Positions 11,540 to 23,635 of a stretch of DNA of 64,000 nucleotides are shown piece by piece. Location: assembly GCF_006345805.1 (NCBI RefSeq), contig NC_043018.1:6076001-6140000 (forward strand). The letters run 5' to 3'. Made by a program: the position numbers and the translations under genes. The notes under the pieces were generated by a model. It had not been told where the DNA came from. It did no database searches and saw only the letters and a program-made list of their open reading frames with translations. This DNA comes from Octopus sinensis (taxonomy: Eukaryota). Within the stretch, counting starts at the first letter, position 1; every line of letters begins with the position of its first letter.

Positions 11540-12800
11540 CCAGACCAAGTTTTTAAAAATGAAAATTTTTCCCAAAATGTTACTGGAAGTTTGTAAATAT
11601 CGTTGACATGTGGAAGACAGTTTAAGCGGGCGTTTGAAACAGCTCCACTGTCACAACTCACCACTTCTTGAATTAGAAATAATTTTGAAGTAAACGGAAC
11701 TGTTCAGGATGTCCATAAGAAACGTCCCCAGAAGATCGCGAACATCAAAGAATTCCACTAAACAAGAAAGGATACAAGAAACGTATTGCCAGAGTTAAAG
11801 GAAGTCTGTGTGGCAAGCAAGTTGTGAGAGAGGAATTTCAAAATCCAGCATCCATCGCAATCTGAAGCGCTGTCATTGGTAAAAATTTATATTCCAAGAA
11901 CAGCCCGTTCTCTTAATGAAGACAATCTGGATGAAAGAGTAGAATGTTGGAAGTGGTACTTGGTAAGATATGCAGAAGATACACACTCTCCTCCAGTGAA
12001 AATTGTTTGGAGTGATGAGACTATGTTTAACCTTTTAGCATTTAAACCGGCCACATCCGGCCAAAAGTATTCTGCCTGTTTTATGTTCAAACTGGCCATA
12101 TCTGGTCTTTCACACCAACTCTACAATATTGTTTTAAAAATTAACAGCTACTTCATCAAAATCTCATAGCTACAAGATAATGCATGATTAGTTCAAAACA
12201 ATGTGGATGAAAGAGCATTAATTTTGGCAGAATAATGCGAACACTAAAGGGTTAAATTAAAATGGCTCAATTAACTGCTTCATTTGCACTGACTGGGGAT
12301 CAGAGAATCCGCATACTACAGAGGAATATCATGTTAATTTACCAGGAATTACAGTACCATGCAGCTTATCAGCAAAAGGATTAATTGGAACATTCTTTTA
12401 TTACTTTTCTGTGACTAGTTCCATTTTCTTGAACTTCTGCAATGATCTGTCATGCCAAGCATTCAAGAGGACGTTGAAGATATGGAGTTTTATTTCCAGC
12501 AAGATGGAGGTAACCCCACACTATCATCATAATAATGTAAGGATCTACCTTGATGAGATTTTGTCAAATAGGTTGATTGGATGAAGAGGTTCAGTAAAAT
12601 GCCTTCTATGTTCACCTGGCTCACACCACAAGGATTTTTTTTTTCAATTATTATTGATACGTAATGCATAAACTTTATTGTACAAAATCGGCAACAGCTG
12701 ATGAAAATTGAGGGTGGCCATGGAATGCAAATACCAAGCAAAATATTTCTTGGTATTTCCATTGCTTCACACCATCAGCGTTACCTCAATCAGTGCAGTC
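11540..12800 (+). mobile_element. Highly degraded Tc1/mariner-superfamily remnant interrupted by a TTAA MITE
   Basis: Fragments read as ...NGTVQDVHKKR..., KIVWSDETMF and FQQDGG; the MITE sits at about 12028-12255. Confidence 0.6.
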
Positions 12801-13130
12801 ATCTCTTTGAAAACAGGCTTTCCTAAAAAAGAAATTTAATTCTGTCTGTTTGTAGATTCTGTTATTTTATTTATTTATTATTTATTTATTTTTTCATGAT
12901 GCTGGCATTAGTGAGGTCACCAAGTGACCTGCAAGAAAAGGCAAAGAAAAAGCCTCCCCAACTGAGTAGGTGTGTATTTGAGTAAGATAGAAGTGGCTTT
13001 GTGCTTGGTGTTGACTGGTGAAAGTATGATAGATGTACAATCACTGCTGTCTTACTTTAGAGGGCTACCCTACATTACTATAAGGGTGGGTGAGAGTAGC
13101 AGGGAAGAAAATAAAGATGGTAGTGGCTAG

Positions 13131-13460
13131 GTGAAGGTGCATGGCTCAGTGGTTAGAGCATCAGGCTCCCAATCATGAGGTAATGAGTTTGATTCCTGGT
13201 CTGGGTTGTGTGCTGTGTTCTTGAGCAAGACACTTTATTTCATGTTGCCCCAGTTCACTCAGCTGTAGAAATGAGTTGTGACATCACTGGTGGTGCCAAG
13301 CTGTAGCTACCTTTCACTTTCCCTTGGATAACATCAGTGGCATGGAGAGAGGAGGCTGGTATGCGTGGGTAACTGCTGGTCTTTCATAAACAACCTTGCC
13401 TGGACTTGTGCTTCAGAGGGTAACTTTCTAGGCACAATCTCTTGGTCATTCATGACCGAA
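13131..13460 (+). mobile_element. CORE-like SINE family D; also about 27010-27255 (-), 37100-37760 (-), 39890-40130 (-), 55700-56010 and 60440-60770 (-)
   Basis: tRNA-like head followed by TTGAGCAAGACACTTTATTTCA...CAGTTCACTCAGCTG, which resembles the CORE domain. Confidence 0.65.
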
Positions 13461-14260
13461 GGGGGTCTTTACCCTTTACCCTTGTGACAAGATGCCAGAA
13501 CAAACTCTCAGTGTATGAAAAGGTGAATATAAAAGAGAATAGGATACAGTGGAGAAGGCTAGCCTGTGGATTTGGTTAAAAAGAGACGATGAGCGATGGC
13601 TAGAAGAATATTGAGCTTTATTTGATAACCAGCTGATCTAGCAAGTGGGGCCTCTCATCAGTGAGGTGGGGGCCGGTGTGCATTGACGCCGTCGAGAGGT
13701 AGGCCCCGAAACAGCACGCATTCTCTCCTGATGACCCCATACACTTGCTGGCTTCCGATATGCAGAGTTTTTGACTGGTAGCACTTGCATGTGCAAGTTG
13801 TTTGCAAGACATAGTGGGTGGGGAAGAGAAGGAGAGGATGGATAATCTCATAAGCGTGGGAGGGGTGAATAACAGAGTGGTGGCGGTGTTCTTAATGGTA
13901 ATAAGCAGAAAGAAGAGGTGGAAGGTTAGAAAGGTAGAAAGAGGAGGGGACAAATGGCAGCCCCGGGGTCGGAGAAGAGCAAAACCTGTAGATTGATCAG
14001 AAGTAAGAGGACTATGTGCAGGGTGTAAGAGTGGAGGGAGGGAGATATACAGCGACAGAGCTAGAGGTCAGAGGTACATAAGTGGTGGTGGTGGTGGTGG
14101 GGCTATAACATGGTGGGTGAGGACATCGATGGTGGATACGAGAGGGTGTTGAGAATGATAGCAGATATGAAAGGTGTTTTAAAAATGGGGTGTGGCAAAC
14201 CTAATATGCCACTTGAATGAGAGTGAGCGATGACTAAAGACACAGAAAGGGTTTAATCAT

Positions 14261-14484
14261 TAACCCTTTAGCATTCAGATAATTGGGTCAAATTTTATGC
14301 TCATTTATTCACATTCTTTTGAGTTCATCATGGATTATCTCATAACTTCGAGATTTTAATGTGATTGCTTATTTCTAGAAAGACATTGTAGGGAAGGTGT
14401 GAGAGGCTGGATCTGACCAGTTTGAATGTAAAAGCGGTAGGATATTTGAGCTGGATATGGCCAGTTTAAGTGCTAAAGGGTTAA
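14261..14484. mobile_element. TTAA-flanked MITE (CCCTTTAGCA termini); relatives at about 8060-8330, 12028-12255, 17430-17641 and 28380-28760
   Basis: TTAACCCTTTAGCATTC ... GTGCTAAAGGGTTAA. Confidence 0.75.
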
Positions 14485-14520
14485 TGAAAACGAAGGATGG
14501 ATTTTAGTAGGAAGTTGTTT

Positions 14521-14910
14521 AGGCGCAGGAGGGCTGTGTGGTAAGTAGCTTGTTTACCAACCACATGGTTCTGAGTTCAGTCCCATTGCGTGGCACCTTG
14601 GGCAAGTGTCTTCTACTATAGCCTCGGGCCGACCAAAGCCTTGTGAGTGGATTTGGTAGACGGAAACTGAAAGAAGCTCGTTGTATATATGTATATATAT
14701 GTGTGCGTGTATGTTTGTGTTTGTCCCCCTAGCATTGCTTGACAACCGATACTGGTGTGTTTATGTCCCCGTCAGTTAGCGGTTCGGCAAAAGAGACCGA
14801 TAGAATAAGTACTGGGCTTACAAAGAATAAGTCCCGGGGTCGATTTGCTCAATTAAAGGCGGTGCTCCAGCATGGCCGCAGTCAACTGACTGAAACAAGT
14901 AAAAGAGTAA
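14521..14910 (+). mobile_element. tRNA-derived SINE family B with an internal (TA)/(TG) microsatellite; copies at about 1091-1400, 3947-4735 (tandem), 9985-10150, 19893-20245, 25115-25350, 25455-25888 (-), 46485-46885 (-), 49625-50018 (-) and 53345-53750
   Basis: GGCGCAGGAGTGGCTGTGTGGTAAG...GGTTCAGTCCC head, conserved body and GACTGAAACAAGTAAAAGA tail, repeated across the window. Confidence 0.88.
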
Positions 14911-15059
14911 AGAGAGCAGGAACTGGTAACTCAAAAGGTTAGGAGGGAGATATGTGCCGATTCCACCCTCAAGTGATTACAGCAGTTTAGTAGTGCCATA
15001 GTTAGAAGAGTAATGGAGGGATGGGTGTAAGGAGTAGGTTTTCTGGAGCAATGATTGAT

Positions 15060-16950
15060 GGGGCAGATTGGTTGCTGGGGTTGGGCTCAGCATATATACA
15101 TTGGTTGCTGGGGTTGGGCTCATGGGCTCAGCATATATACATTGGTTGCTGGGGTTGGGCTCTTGGGCTCAGCATATATACATTGGTTGCTGGGGTTGGG
15201 CTCTTGGGCTCAGCATATATACATTGGTTGCTGGAGTTGGGCTCAGCATATATACATTGGTTGCTGGGGTTGGACTCAGCATATATACATTGGTTGTTGG
15301 GGTTGGGCTCTTGGGCTCAGCATATATACATTGGTTGTTGGGGTTGGGTTCAACATATATACATTGGTTGCTGGAGTTGGGCTCAGCATATATACATTGG
15401 TTGCTGGGGTCGGGCTCAGCATATACATTGGTTGCTGGGGTTGGGCTCTTGGGCTCAGCATATATACATTGGTTGCTGGAGTTGGGCTCAGCATATATAC
15501 ATTGGTTGCTGGGGTCGGACTCAGCATATATACATTGATTGCTGGGGTTGGACTCAGCATATATTCATCGGTTGTTGGGGTTGGGGTCGGACTCAGCATA
15601 TATACATTGATTGCTGGGGTTGGGCTCAGCATATATACATTGGTTGCTGGGGTTGGGCTCTTGGGCTCAGCATATATACACTGGTTGTTGGGGTTGGGCT
15701 CTTGGGTTCAGCATATATACATTGGTTGCTGGGGTTGGGCTCTTGGGCTCAGCATATATACATTGGTTGCTGGGGTTGGGCTCTTGGGCTCAGCATATAT
15801 ACATTGGTTGCTGGAGTTGGGCTCAGCATATATACATTGGTTGCTGGGGTTGGACTCAGCATATATACATTGGTTGTTGGGGTTGGGCTCTTGGGCTCAG
15901 CATATATACATTGGTTGTTGGGGTTGGGTTCAACATATATACATTGGTTGCTGGAGTTGGGCTCAGCATATATACATTGGTTGCTGGGGTCGGGCTCAGC
16001 ATATACATTGGTTGCTGGGGTTGGGCTCTTGGGCTCAGCATATATACATTGGTTGCTGGAGTTGGGCTCAGCATATATACATTGGTTGCTGGGGTCGGAC
16101 TCAGCATATATACATTGATTGCTGGGGTTGGACTCAGCATATATACATCGGTTGTTGGGGTTGGGGTCGGACTCAGCATATATACATTGATTGCTGGGGT
16201 TGGGCTCAGCATATATACATTGGTTGCTGGGGTTGGGCTCTTGGGCTCAGCATATATACACTGGTTGTTGGGGTTGGGCTCTTGGGTTCAGCATATATAC
16301 ATTGGTTGCTGGGGTCGGGCTCAGCATATATACATTGGTTGCTGGGGTCAGGCTCAGCATATATACATTGGTTGCTGGAGTTGGGCTCAGCATATATATA
16401 TATTAGTTGCTGGAGTTGGGCTCAGCATATATACATTGGTTGCTGGGGTTGGGCTCAGCATATATACATTGGTTGCTGGGGTCGGGCTCAGCATATATAC
16501 ATTGGTTGCAGGAGTTGGGCTCAACATATATACATTGGTTGCTGGGGAAGGGCTCTTGGGCTCAGCATATATACATTGGTTGCTGGGGTAGGGCTCAGCA
16601 TATATACATTGGTTGCTGGGGTCGGACTCAGCATACATACATTGATTGCTGGGGTTGGACTCAGCATATATACATCGGTTGTTGTTGGGGTTGGGCTCTT
16701 GGCTCAGCATATATACATTGATTGCTGGGGTTGGGCTCAGCATATATACATTGGTTGCTGGGGTTGGGCTCTTGGGCTCAGCATATATACACTGGTTGTT
16801 GGGGTCGGGCTCTTGGGTTCAGCATATATACATTGGTTGCTGGGGTTGGGTTCAGCATATATACATTGATTGCTGGGGTTGGACTCAGCATATATACATT
16901 GGTTGCCGGGGTCAGGCTCAGCATATATACATTGGTTGCTGGGGTTGGGC
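15060..16950. repeat. G-rich minisatellite with 33-bp and 41-bp units and a 580-bp higher-order repeat
   Basis: Unit CAGCATATATACATTGGTTGCTGGGGTTGGGCT with an optional extra TTGGGCTC. A rare ATCG variant recurs at 15567, 16147 and 16674. Confidence 0.95.
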
Positions 16951-17706
16951 TCAGGTATATTCTCTTCCCTGCATATATATATATTGTAATGCCTACCATT
17001 TATCATTCAATTCTGATTGCACTATTATGCAAATTAGATAGACCAGCTTAGTTCTGTTTATGCTCGTATTCTCTCTCTCTCTCTCTCATCATGAAGTTAT
17101 TTTAGCAATTTCTTTTGAAACAATTAACAAAAAAGTAACCCACTAACATTATTTAGATTTATCTCTTTCTCTTACTCATCTTTTTCACTCTTGCATGAAG
17201 ATTGAGTTCTTCCACAGCTTGTTAACTTATCTAACACAAACACACACACACACACAGTGGCTGTCCACTTGTTTTCAAGTATGACCACTTTTAAGTCCTG
17301 GGGTCGTTTTGCTCGACTAAAGGTGGTGCTCCAGCATGGCCGCAGTCAAATGACTGAAACAAGTAAAAAGAGAAAGAGAGAGAAATAGTACTTCTCTCTC
17401 AAAAAAACCCCCATTTTAACTTGACCATTTGACAGATTACTCTGTCAAATGGAATTCTTATTTTATTGACATTGTCTTGAATTATTCATCCATTATCTCA
17501 TAGCTTCAAGATTTCAATGTTGTGATTGTTTATTTTCAAACTGACATTGTAGAATAGGTGTGAGAGGCCTGATCTGGCCATTTTCAACATAAAACAGATT
17601 ATTTTGGGCCGGATATGGCTGGTTTAAATGCTAAGGGGTTAAGCTTATATTTAAATCATTAATTAAACCACTATTAATTAAACCGCTATTTTAATATTCC
17701 CTTATA

Positions 17707-19850
17707 CAGGGTGGGACAGAGAGAACAGAGGTTTTTTTGAAAAATTTGCAAAATCATTAATTTTAGCTGTAAGCAAATTTTATTGACATCTTTAAAATAA
17801 AGCTGGGCCTCTTCTTGTCAGGTGTCCCAGATGAACCAACTTCACGGCAGGAGGTGCAGATGAGGGCAGCTGCATCAAACTCTCATACACCAAATGTCAA
17901 TTGCTAAAAAGCATTCATGAAGTAAAATCATGTAGCAACACCGAATTGCAGTGCCTCAGCATGGCCACAGCTCGTGAGCTGAAACTAGATAAAATAAAAA
18001 TTAAAAAATGAATAATTGTGTTCATATTGAATTAGCATTCGTCAAAATCAACTGTGGGAAACAACATCCATCATGTGGTGTCCGTCTTCGTTGATGCATA
18101 TTTCTGAAGACAATTGCAGCATGGAAGGTGTTTATAAGCCATTTAAGGAACACACAAAACTGTTAGATTCACTTCAACATTTAAATTTAATTTGTCAAAA
18201 TATTTTCGTCGCTTTGAGACCGCTACCTTTTCACTGACAAAACTTTGTGATGCAGCACGAAGTTTTGTCAGTGAACAGGTCGCAGTCTCAAAGCGACGAA
18301 AATATTTTGACAAATTAAATTTAAATGTTGAAGTGAATCTAACGGTTTTGTGTGTTTCTTATAAACACCTTCCACACTGCAATTGTTTTCGTTCCAGCAC
18401 ACGATCTCAGATCAAGTCACTTGCTATGCAAGTACATCTCTGTAATATTTCTGAAGGCGTTCTTGGAAGTTGGTCTCCACTCTCTCCAGCATTGCTCTGT
18501 TGATTTGGGCAACTTCAAGTGAATGGCTTCCTTCAAATCAGCCAGTGTATGGGGCTTATGTGCATACACACGTACCTTGAGGTTTCCCCACAAGAAATAA
18601 TTACACATGGAGAAATCAGAGGACTGAGGGGACCAAGGAATGTCGGCTAATGTAGCGATCACCAAAGAGAGAGCAAAGAACGTCCATTGATGCTCTCACT
18701 GTATGGGCCATCACTCCATCCTGTCCTAACCACACACATCGAATAGGCATACGTTTCTGTCGTAATTCAGGCACAAAAAAGTTACTTATCATCTCGATGT
18801 AATGTTCGGAGTTCATAGTAACAGCATTTCCATTATTTTTGTCTGGTTTCCAAAGAAATGTGCGGTTTGCATTATCATGTTGGAAAACAACACCCTTCCT
18901 GTTGGCCAATTCTGGACGTTTCTCTTGAATTGCTTTTAACTCATCCAGTTATGTGCAGTATTTCTCAGAATTAATTGTCTGGTTATTTGGGAAAAGCTCA
19001 TAGTACAGAATTCCTTTCCAATCCTATCAAACACAAAGCAAGACTTTTTTAGGGTGAAGACCCGCTTTTGGGGTGGCTAAGGGTGGCTCATGTCACTTAC
19101 TGCAGGATCACTTTCTCTGAGCATTTCGGTAGATAATCCATTTCTCATCACCTGTCACAAGTAAGGACCAATGACAACAGCTTTTTCAGCAGCACACCAG
19201 ACCTTCACTTTTGGTCTGTGCAATGGTCTTTCATTCGGTTCTCTCAGATTTTCAAGAGCCTGATAATGACAGTTCTGTTGATTCACCATGCCATTGAGAT
19301 GAAAATGAGCTTCATCGCTCATTAACAAAACGAAGTTGTTATTTGCCTCAAAATTCCATCTGACATGTGAAGTTAAGCCGCTGTGCAAAATACGCCTTAC
19401 CGATTGATTACTGATGCCAAATTTAGTGGAATGCCTCTGAGCGGAGCTATTCGGACTTCGTATCAAAGCTTATCTGATGTGTTCTACATTTTCCAGGGTC
19501 CGTACCCTTCATGGCACCCCCACCAGTCTCCTATTCATTAGTGTATCTCATGTAGGAAGTGCATTTACCCAACATAAGATTGTGTTACAGGTGGGAACAG
19601 CTCGATTTTGGTGAATGTTGAAGTGGCACTGAAACTCATGCTGAACTGCTGTGACAGACTCGTTATTCTTCATGTAACTGTCATAGGCAAACATGCAATG
19701 CTCTATCGTCCACAGCACCATGGCTTCACCTGACAAGAAAAAAATATAAGACACCACAGACCGAATGGTACCTGTCGGACATATGTCCCTCCCACTGGGG
19801 CTGATTAATAACCATTTCAAAAGCATCTGTCCTCTCTGCCCCCACCTCCT
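17707..19850 (-). mobile_element. Degraded Tc1/mariner-superfamily element, probably rosa/DD41D-like, with nested insertions
   Basis: TA-flanked TIRs CAGGGTGGGACAGAGAG and CAGGAGGTGGGGCAGAGAG. Remnant motifs MSDEAHFHLNG, QDGVMAH and WSPQSSDFSMCNYFLWG. The D-D spacing of about 41 is inferred across a frameshift. Confidence 0.8.
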
Positions 19851-21089
19851 GTACTACCTAAACAAAATTTAAACAAATATATTTACATCCTACAGGCGTA
19901 GGAGTGGCTGTGTGGTAAGTAGCTTGCTTACGAACCACATGGTTCCGGGTTCAGTCCCACTGCGTGGCACCTTCGGTAAGTGTCTTCTACTATAGCCTCA
20001 GGCTGACCAAAGCCTTGAGAGTGGATTTGGTAGACGGAAACTGAAAGAAGCCCGTCGTATATATGTATATATTTATATGTATATGTGTATATGTTTGTGT
20101 GTCTGTGTTTGTCCCCCCAACATTGCTTGACAACCGATGCTGATGTGTTTACGTCCCCGTAACTTAGCGGTTCGGTAAAAGAGTCCTATAGAATGAGTAC
20201 TAGGCTTACAAAGAATGAGTCTTCTGGTCGACTTGCTCGACTAAAGGCGGTGCTCCAGCATGGCCACAGTCAAATGACCGAAACAAGTAAAAGAATAAAA
20301 GAAAGAATAGAAAATCCACTTACACACTTAAATGTATAAATATGTGCACGCAATCGCACGTGCACTCACACAAAAGCACGTACACAAACACATATAAACG
20401 TAAGATGTTAGAAGACAACAGATAGGATATTAGGACAATAATTACAAATATACTGTTAAATATTAAACAGATTCAACAAATTCATGTTATAATTATTTCA
20501 AGAAACTTATAAACTATTTTTAAAAAATCCACACCAAAAGATTACTCAAGACACACACACAAATACAAACTAATTTCACCCTCCTTAATATTCCTCACAA
20601 TCTTCTTTGAGAACAATAAGTTCAATAGAAAAACCAAACCCTAACCCTAGGCTGTTTCGCTTTTCCAATTGACCATTCCTCATTTTCAACTTTGTTTTTT
20701 TTTACTCACCCATCTTCCTATCTCTAACTTTCAACCTTTTATTTCTCAAAATTTTATCCTTTACTCCAAAGTAATTCTTCTATAGACACCAGGCCTGAAA
20801 TTTCGTGGAAGGGCATCGGTCTGTTACATTGGCCCCAGGTGCTCAACTGGTTCTTTGGTGGAATTTGAACTCAGAATGTAAAGCTGGAAAAAATACAGCT
20901 AAGCAATTTTCCAGCACTTTCATGAGGATTCTGCCAGCTTGCTACCTTTTTTACTCCAAAATAATAAAATAGAAATATTATTTCCCTCTTTCTTATAGAT
21001 TTCTCTTCACAAGTCTAAATAAGTATCTTAACACTTGTTCCTTGAAATAAAGCTGTTGCCATTTTTCTGTATAATATCTTACATTAGAA

Positions 21090-21290
21090 CAGTGGTTTTC
21101 AACCAGGGTTCCGCCAGTACAGTCCAGGGGTTCCGCAAGAAGTTATAAAACTGCTAAAATCGGCAGTAATTTTTAATTCTCCTGTGCAGATATGTATGCA
21201 TAAGACTATTAAATTATTGCACAGGGGTTCCCCGAGCCAGCGGAATGTTTCCTTGGGGTTCCGCTCTTGCAAAAAGTTTGAAAAGCATTG
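21090..21290. mobile_element. hAT-type MITE
   Basis: Termini CAGTGGTTTTCAAC / GTTTGAAAAGCATTG with an exact 8-bp target duplication CATTAGAA (21082-21089, 21291-21298). Confidence 0.85.
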
Positions 21291-21390
21291 CATTAGAATA
21301 TTGATACTAATGGTTGAATAAGCTGTCAGGCAAAACTTCAAGTTGCAGTCAAAACTAGTTTCATAATAAATATGACTCCTATTAGTTTTA

Positions 21391-22631
21391 TTGGGTTGTC
21401 TGGAAAGTTCGTGCCGATTTTTAAAGGAAAGAAAAAGGTCAACCAAATATGAACCATTTTGTTGCACAATGCGTCTCCATCTTTTCTTTATCTTGAAAAT
21501 ACCCTCTTCCCAGAATTGAGGTGGTTTCATGGCAAAGAATTCATCAAGGTATCTTTTTACGTAGTCCAAGGAATTGAAATTTTTACTATTAAGTCTATTC
21601 TGCAGAGATCTGAATAAGTGGAAATCCGAAGGAGCAATATCTGGTGAATATGGAGGGTGGGGTAACACATCTTAGCTAAGCTGCAGCAATTTTTGTCTGG
21701 TTTCCAAAGAAACGTGTGGTTTGCACTATCATGCTGGAAAAGAACACCCTTCCTGTTGCCAATTCTGGATGTTTCTCTTGAATTGCTGCTTTTAACTCGT
21801 CCAGTTGTGTGCAGTATTTCTCAAAATTAATTGTCTGGTTACTTGAGAGAAGCTCATAGTACAGAATTCCTTTCCAATCCCACCAGACACAAAGCAAGAC
21901 TTTTTTAGAGTGAAGACCCGCTTTTGGGTGGCTCATGTCACTTACTCCAGGATCGCTTTCTCTGAACATTTTGGTAGATAATCCATTTCTCATCACCTGT
22001 CACAATTTGCTGTAAAAAAGGCACACTTTCATTCCATTTATAAAGCAAGTCACAGATGGAAATGCGATCCAAAAGGTTCTTCTCACTCAACTCATGTGGT
22101 ACCCAAACATCGTAGCGATTTGTGTACCCAAGCTTTACCAGGTGCTCATGAACAACAGATTTTGATAGGTTGAGGCTTTCTGCCAATTCTCAGGCTGTGC
22201 AATGTGAGTTATTCTCAATTAATGACTTGATTTGGTCATCATCTGTAGTGGATGATCTGCCTGATCGCTCTTTATCAATAAGACTACAATCTCCAGCTCG
22301 GAACCTTGCGAACCACTTCTGTACAGTTCTTTCCAATAAAGAAACATCACTGTAAACTGCGCATATTTCTTTGGTTGCTTGTGAGGCATTTTTCCCTTTA
22401 CGGAAAAATAAAAACATCAAGTGCTGAAAATGAACTTTCTTATTTTCCATTTTAAAGGGTTACAGAATTAACACAGGTTATAGCAACATAAACCTTCTTC
22501 CACAAAAAGATAGCTTAAACTGTACTCTAAATAGAGGTGTAGTTAAATCCTATTTTATGGACTCAACCATGTTCTAAATAAGTCAAAAGGTAAGCTACTA
22601 TAAATCGGCACAAACTTTCCGGACAACCCAA
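21391..22631 (-). mobile_element. Full-length mariner element with an inactivated transposase
   Basis: About 30-bp TIRs (TTGGGTTGTCTGGAAAGTTCGTGCCGATTT and near reverse complement) with TA duplications. Motifs WVPHEL, VTGDEKW, QHD and YSPDIAPSD are split across four ORFs by frameshifts and stops. Confidence 0.95.
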
Positions 22632-23189
22632 TAAATGTCCTCTCTTATGTGCTTCATATTTGCAAATCTTCTACTGTCTTTAAAATTCCTTTAAAGTAAC
22701 CCCAAACAAGCATATAATCTTCTCTTCTCAATCGTGATTCAACGTCATGTAGCCCCTCCACAGCAGGAAACCCCTTCTTCTCCAGCCCTTTTCTCTCGTA
22801 CTTAACCTTTCTCCACACCTCAGATTTCGTAGTCATGCAAGCTGTATGACTAACACTCTACTGATGACGGCATGAAAAATGCACCTGCTGCACACTGTAA
22901 AGTGGTTGGCATTTAGGAAGGGCATCTAGCCATAGAAACCATGTCAAGGGAGACGCTGAAGCTTGATACAGTCCTTGGGCTCATTGGATCCTGTCAAATA
23001 ATCCAACCCGTGTCAGTATAGAACATTTGCGTATAAATAGTTTTTTATATAGGGGTCATCATATGCCTATCTATATACACATATACCTAGAAATCATTTA
23101 AATCTGCTTATTTCTGGGAGTGGCTTTTGCTATTCAAACTCTATATTCCATTTCTTATGTATTTATATATATTTTTCAACAGTAATCTT

Positions 23190-23227
<38 letters not shown>

Positions 23228-23389
23228 ATAAATATTAGGGAATGAATCCAAAATTACAGGGAAAAATCAGATTTAGGGTTAAATCCAATTTTATAGTAAA
23301 ATATTATATAATATAATTCGAGACAAAACCACTATTTTAAAACCAAACAAGGAAAGACTTAATCAAAACATAAAATTTTAATCGAAAAT

Positions 23390-23432
23390 CCACCTGAAGA
23401 TTGTCGGAGCAGACATGAAACATTTGTAGTGG
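23390..23432 (+). ncRNA. Minimal type I hammerhead ribozyme-like motif (HH-a)
   Basis: CCAC-CTGAAGA-T-TGTC-GGAGCA-GACA-T-GAAA-C-ATTT-G-TA-GTGG: stem I CCAC/GTGG, core, 4-bp stem II, short stem III, GUA cleavage triplet. Confidence 0.7.
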
Positions 23433-23554
23433 CGGTTTATTTAATTTATATTAAAATTTTATGTTTTGATTAAGTCTTTCCTTGTTTGGTTTTAAAATAG
23501 TGGTTTTGTCTCGAATTATATTATATATATATATATAAGTGGTCTCATTTTTGA

Positions 23555-23635
23555 AGCTCTGATGAAGCTGTAAGGTGATACACAAGCACTCAGCTATGAG
23601 TGCATTGTATCCTGTAGCAGAAACAGCTGTAAGCT
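23555..23635 (+). ncRNA. Type I hammerhead ribozyme-like motif with extended stem II (HH-b)
   Basis: AGCT-CTGATGA-[long stem II capped by GCACTCA-GCTA-TGAGTGC]-GAAA-CAGCTG-TA-AGCT, with palindromic stem III ACAGCTGT. Confidence 0.72.

Noticed and set aside
13618-14230. Purine-rich region with a 111-aa minus-strand ORF and a CTGATGA word
   Set aside because: Probably a decayed retroelement; I could not recognise a domain and there is no downstream GAAA core.
15021-17051. Long ORFs (up to 604 aa) in all three + frames
   Set aside because: They arise from a 33-bp minisatellite unit that lacks stop codons; there is no splice or homology support.
22858-22890. CTGATGA ... GAAA hammerhead-like words
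   Set aside because: No pairing stem II or stem III, and no cleavage triplet with stem I closure.
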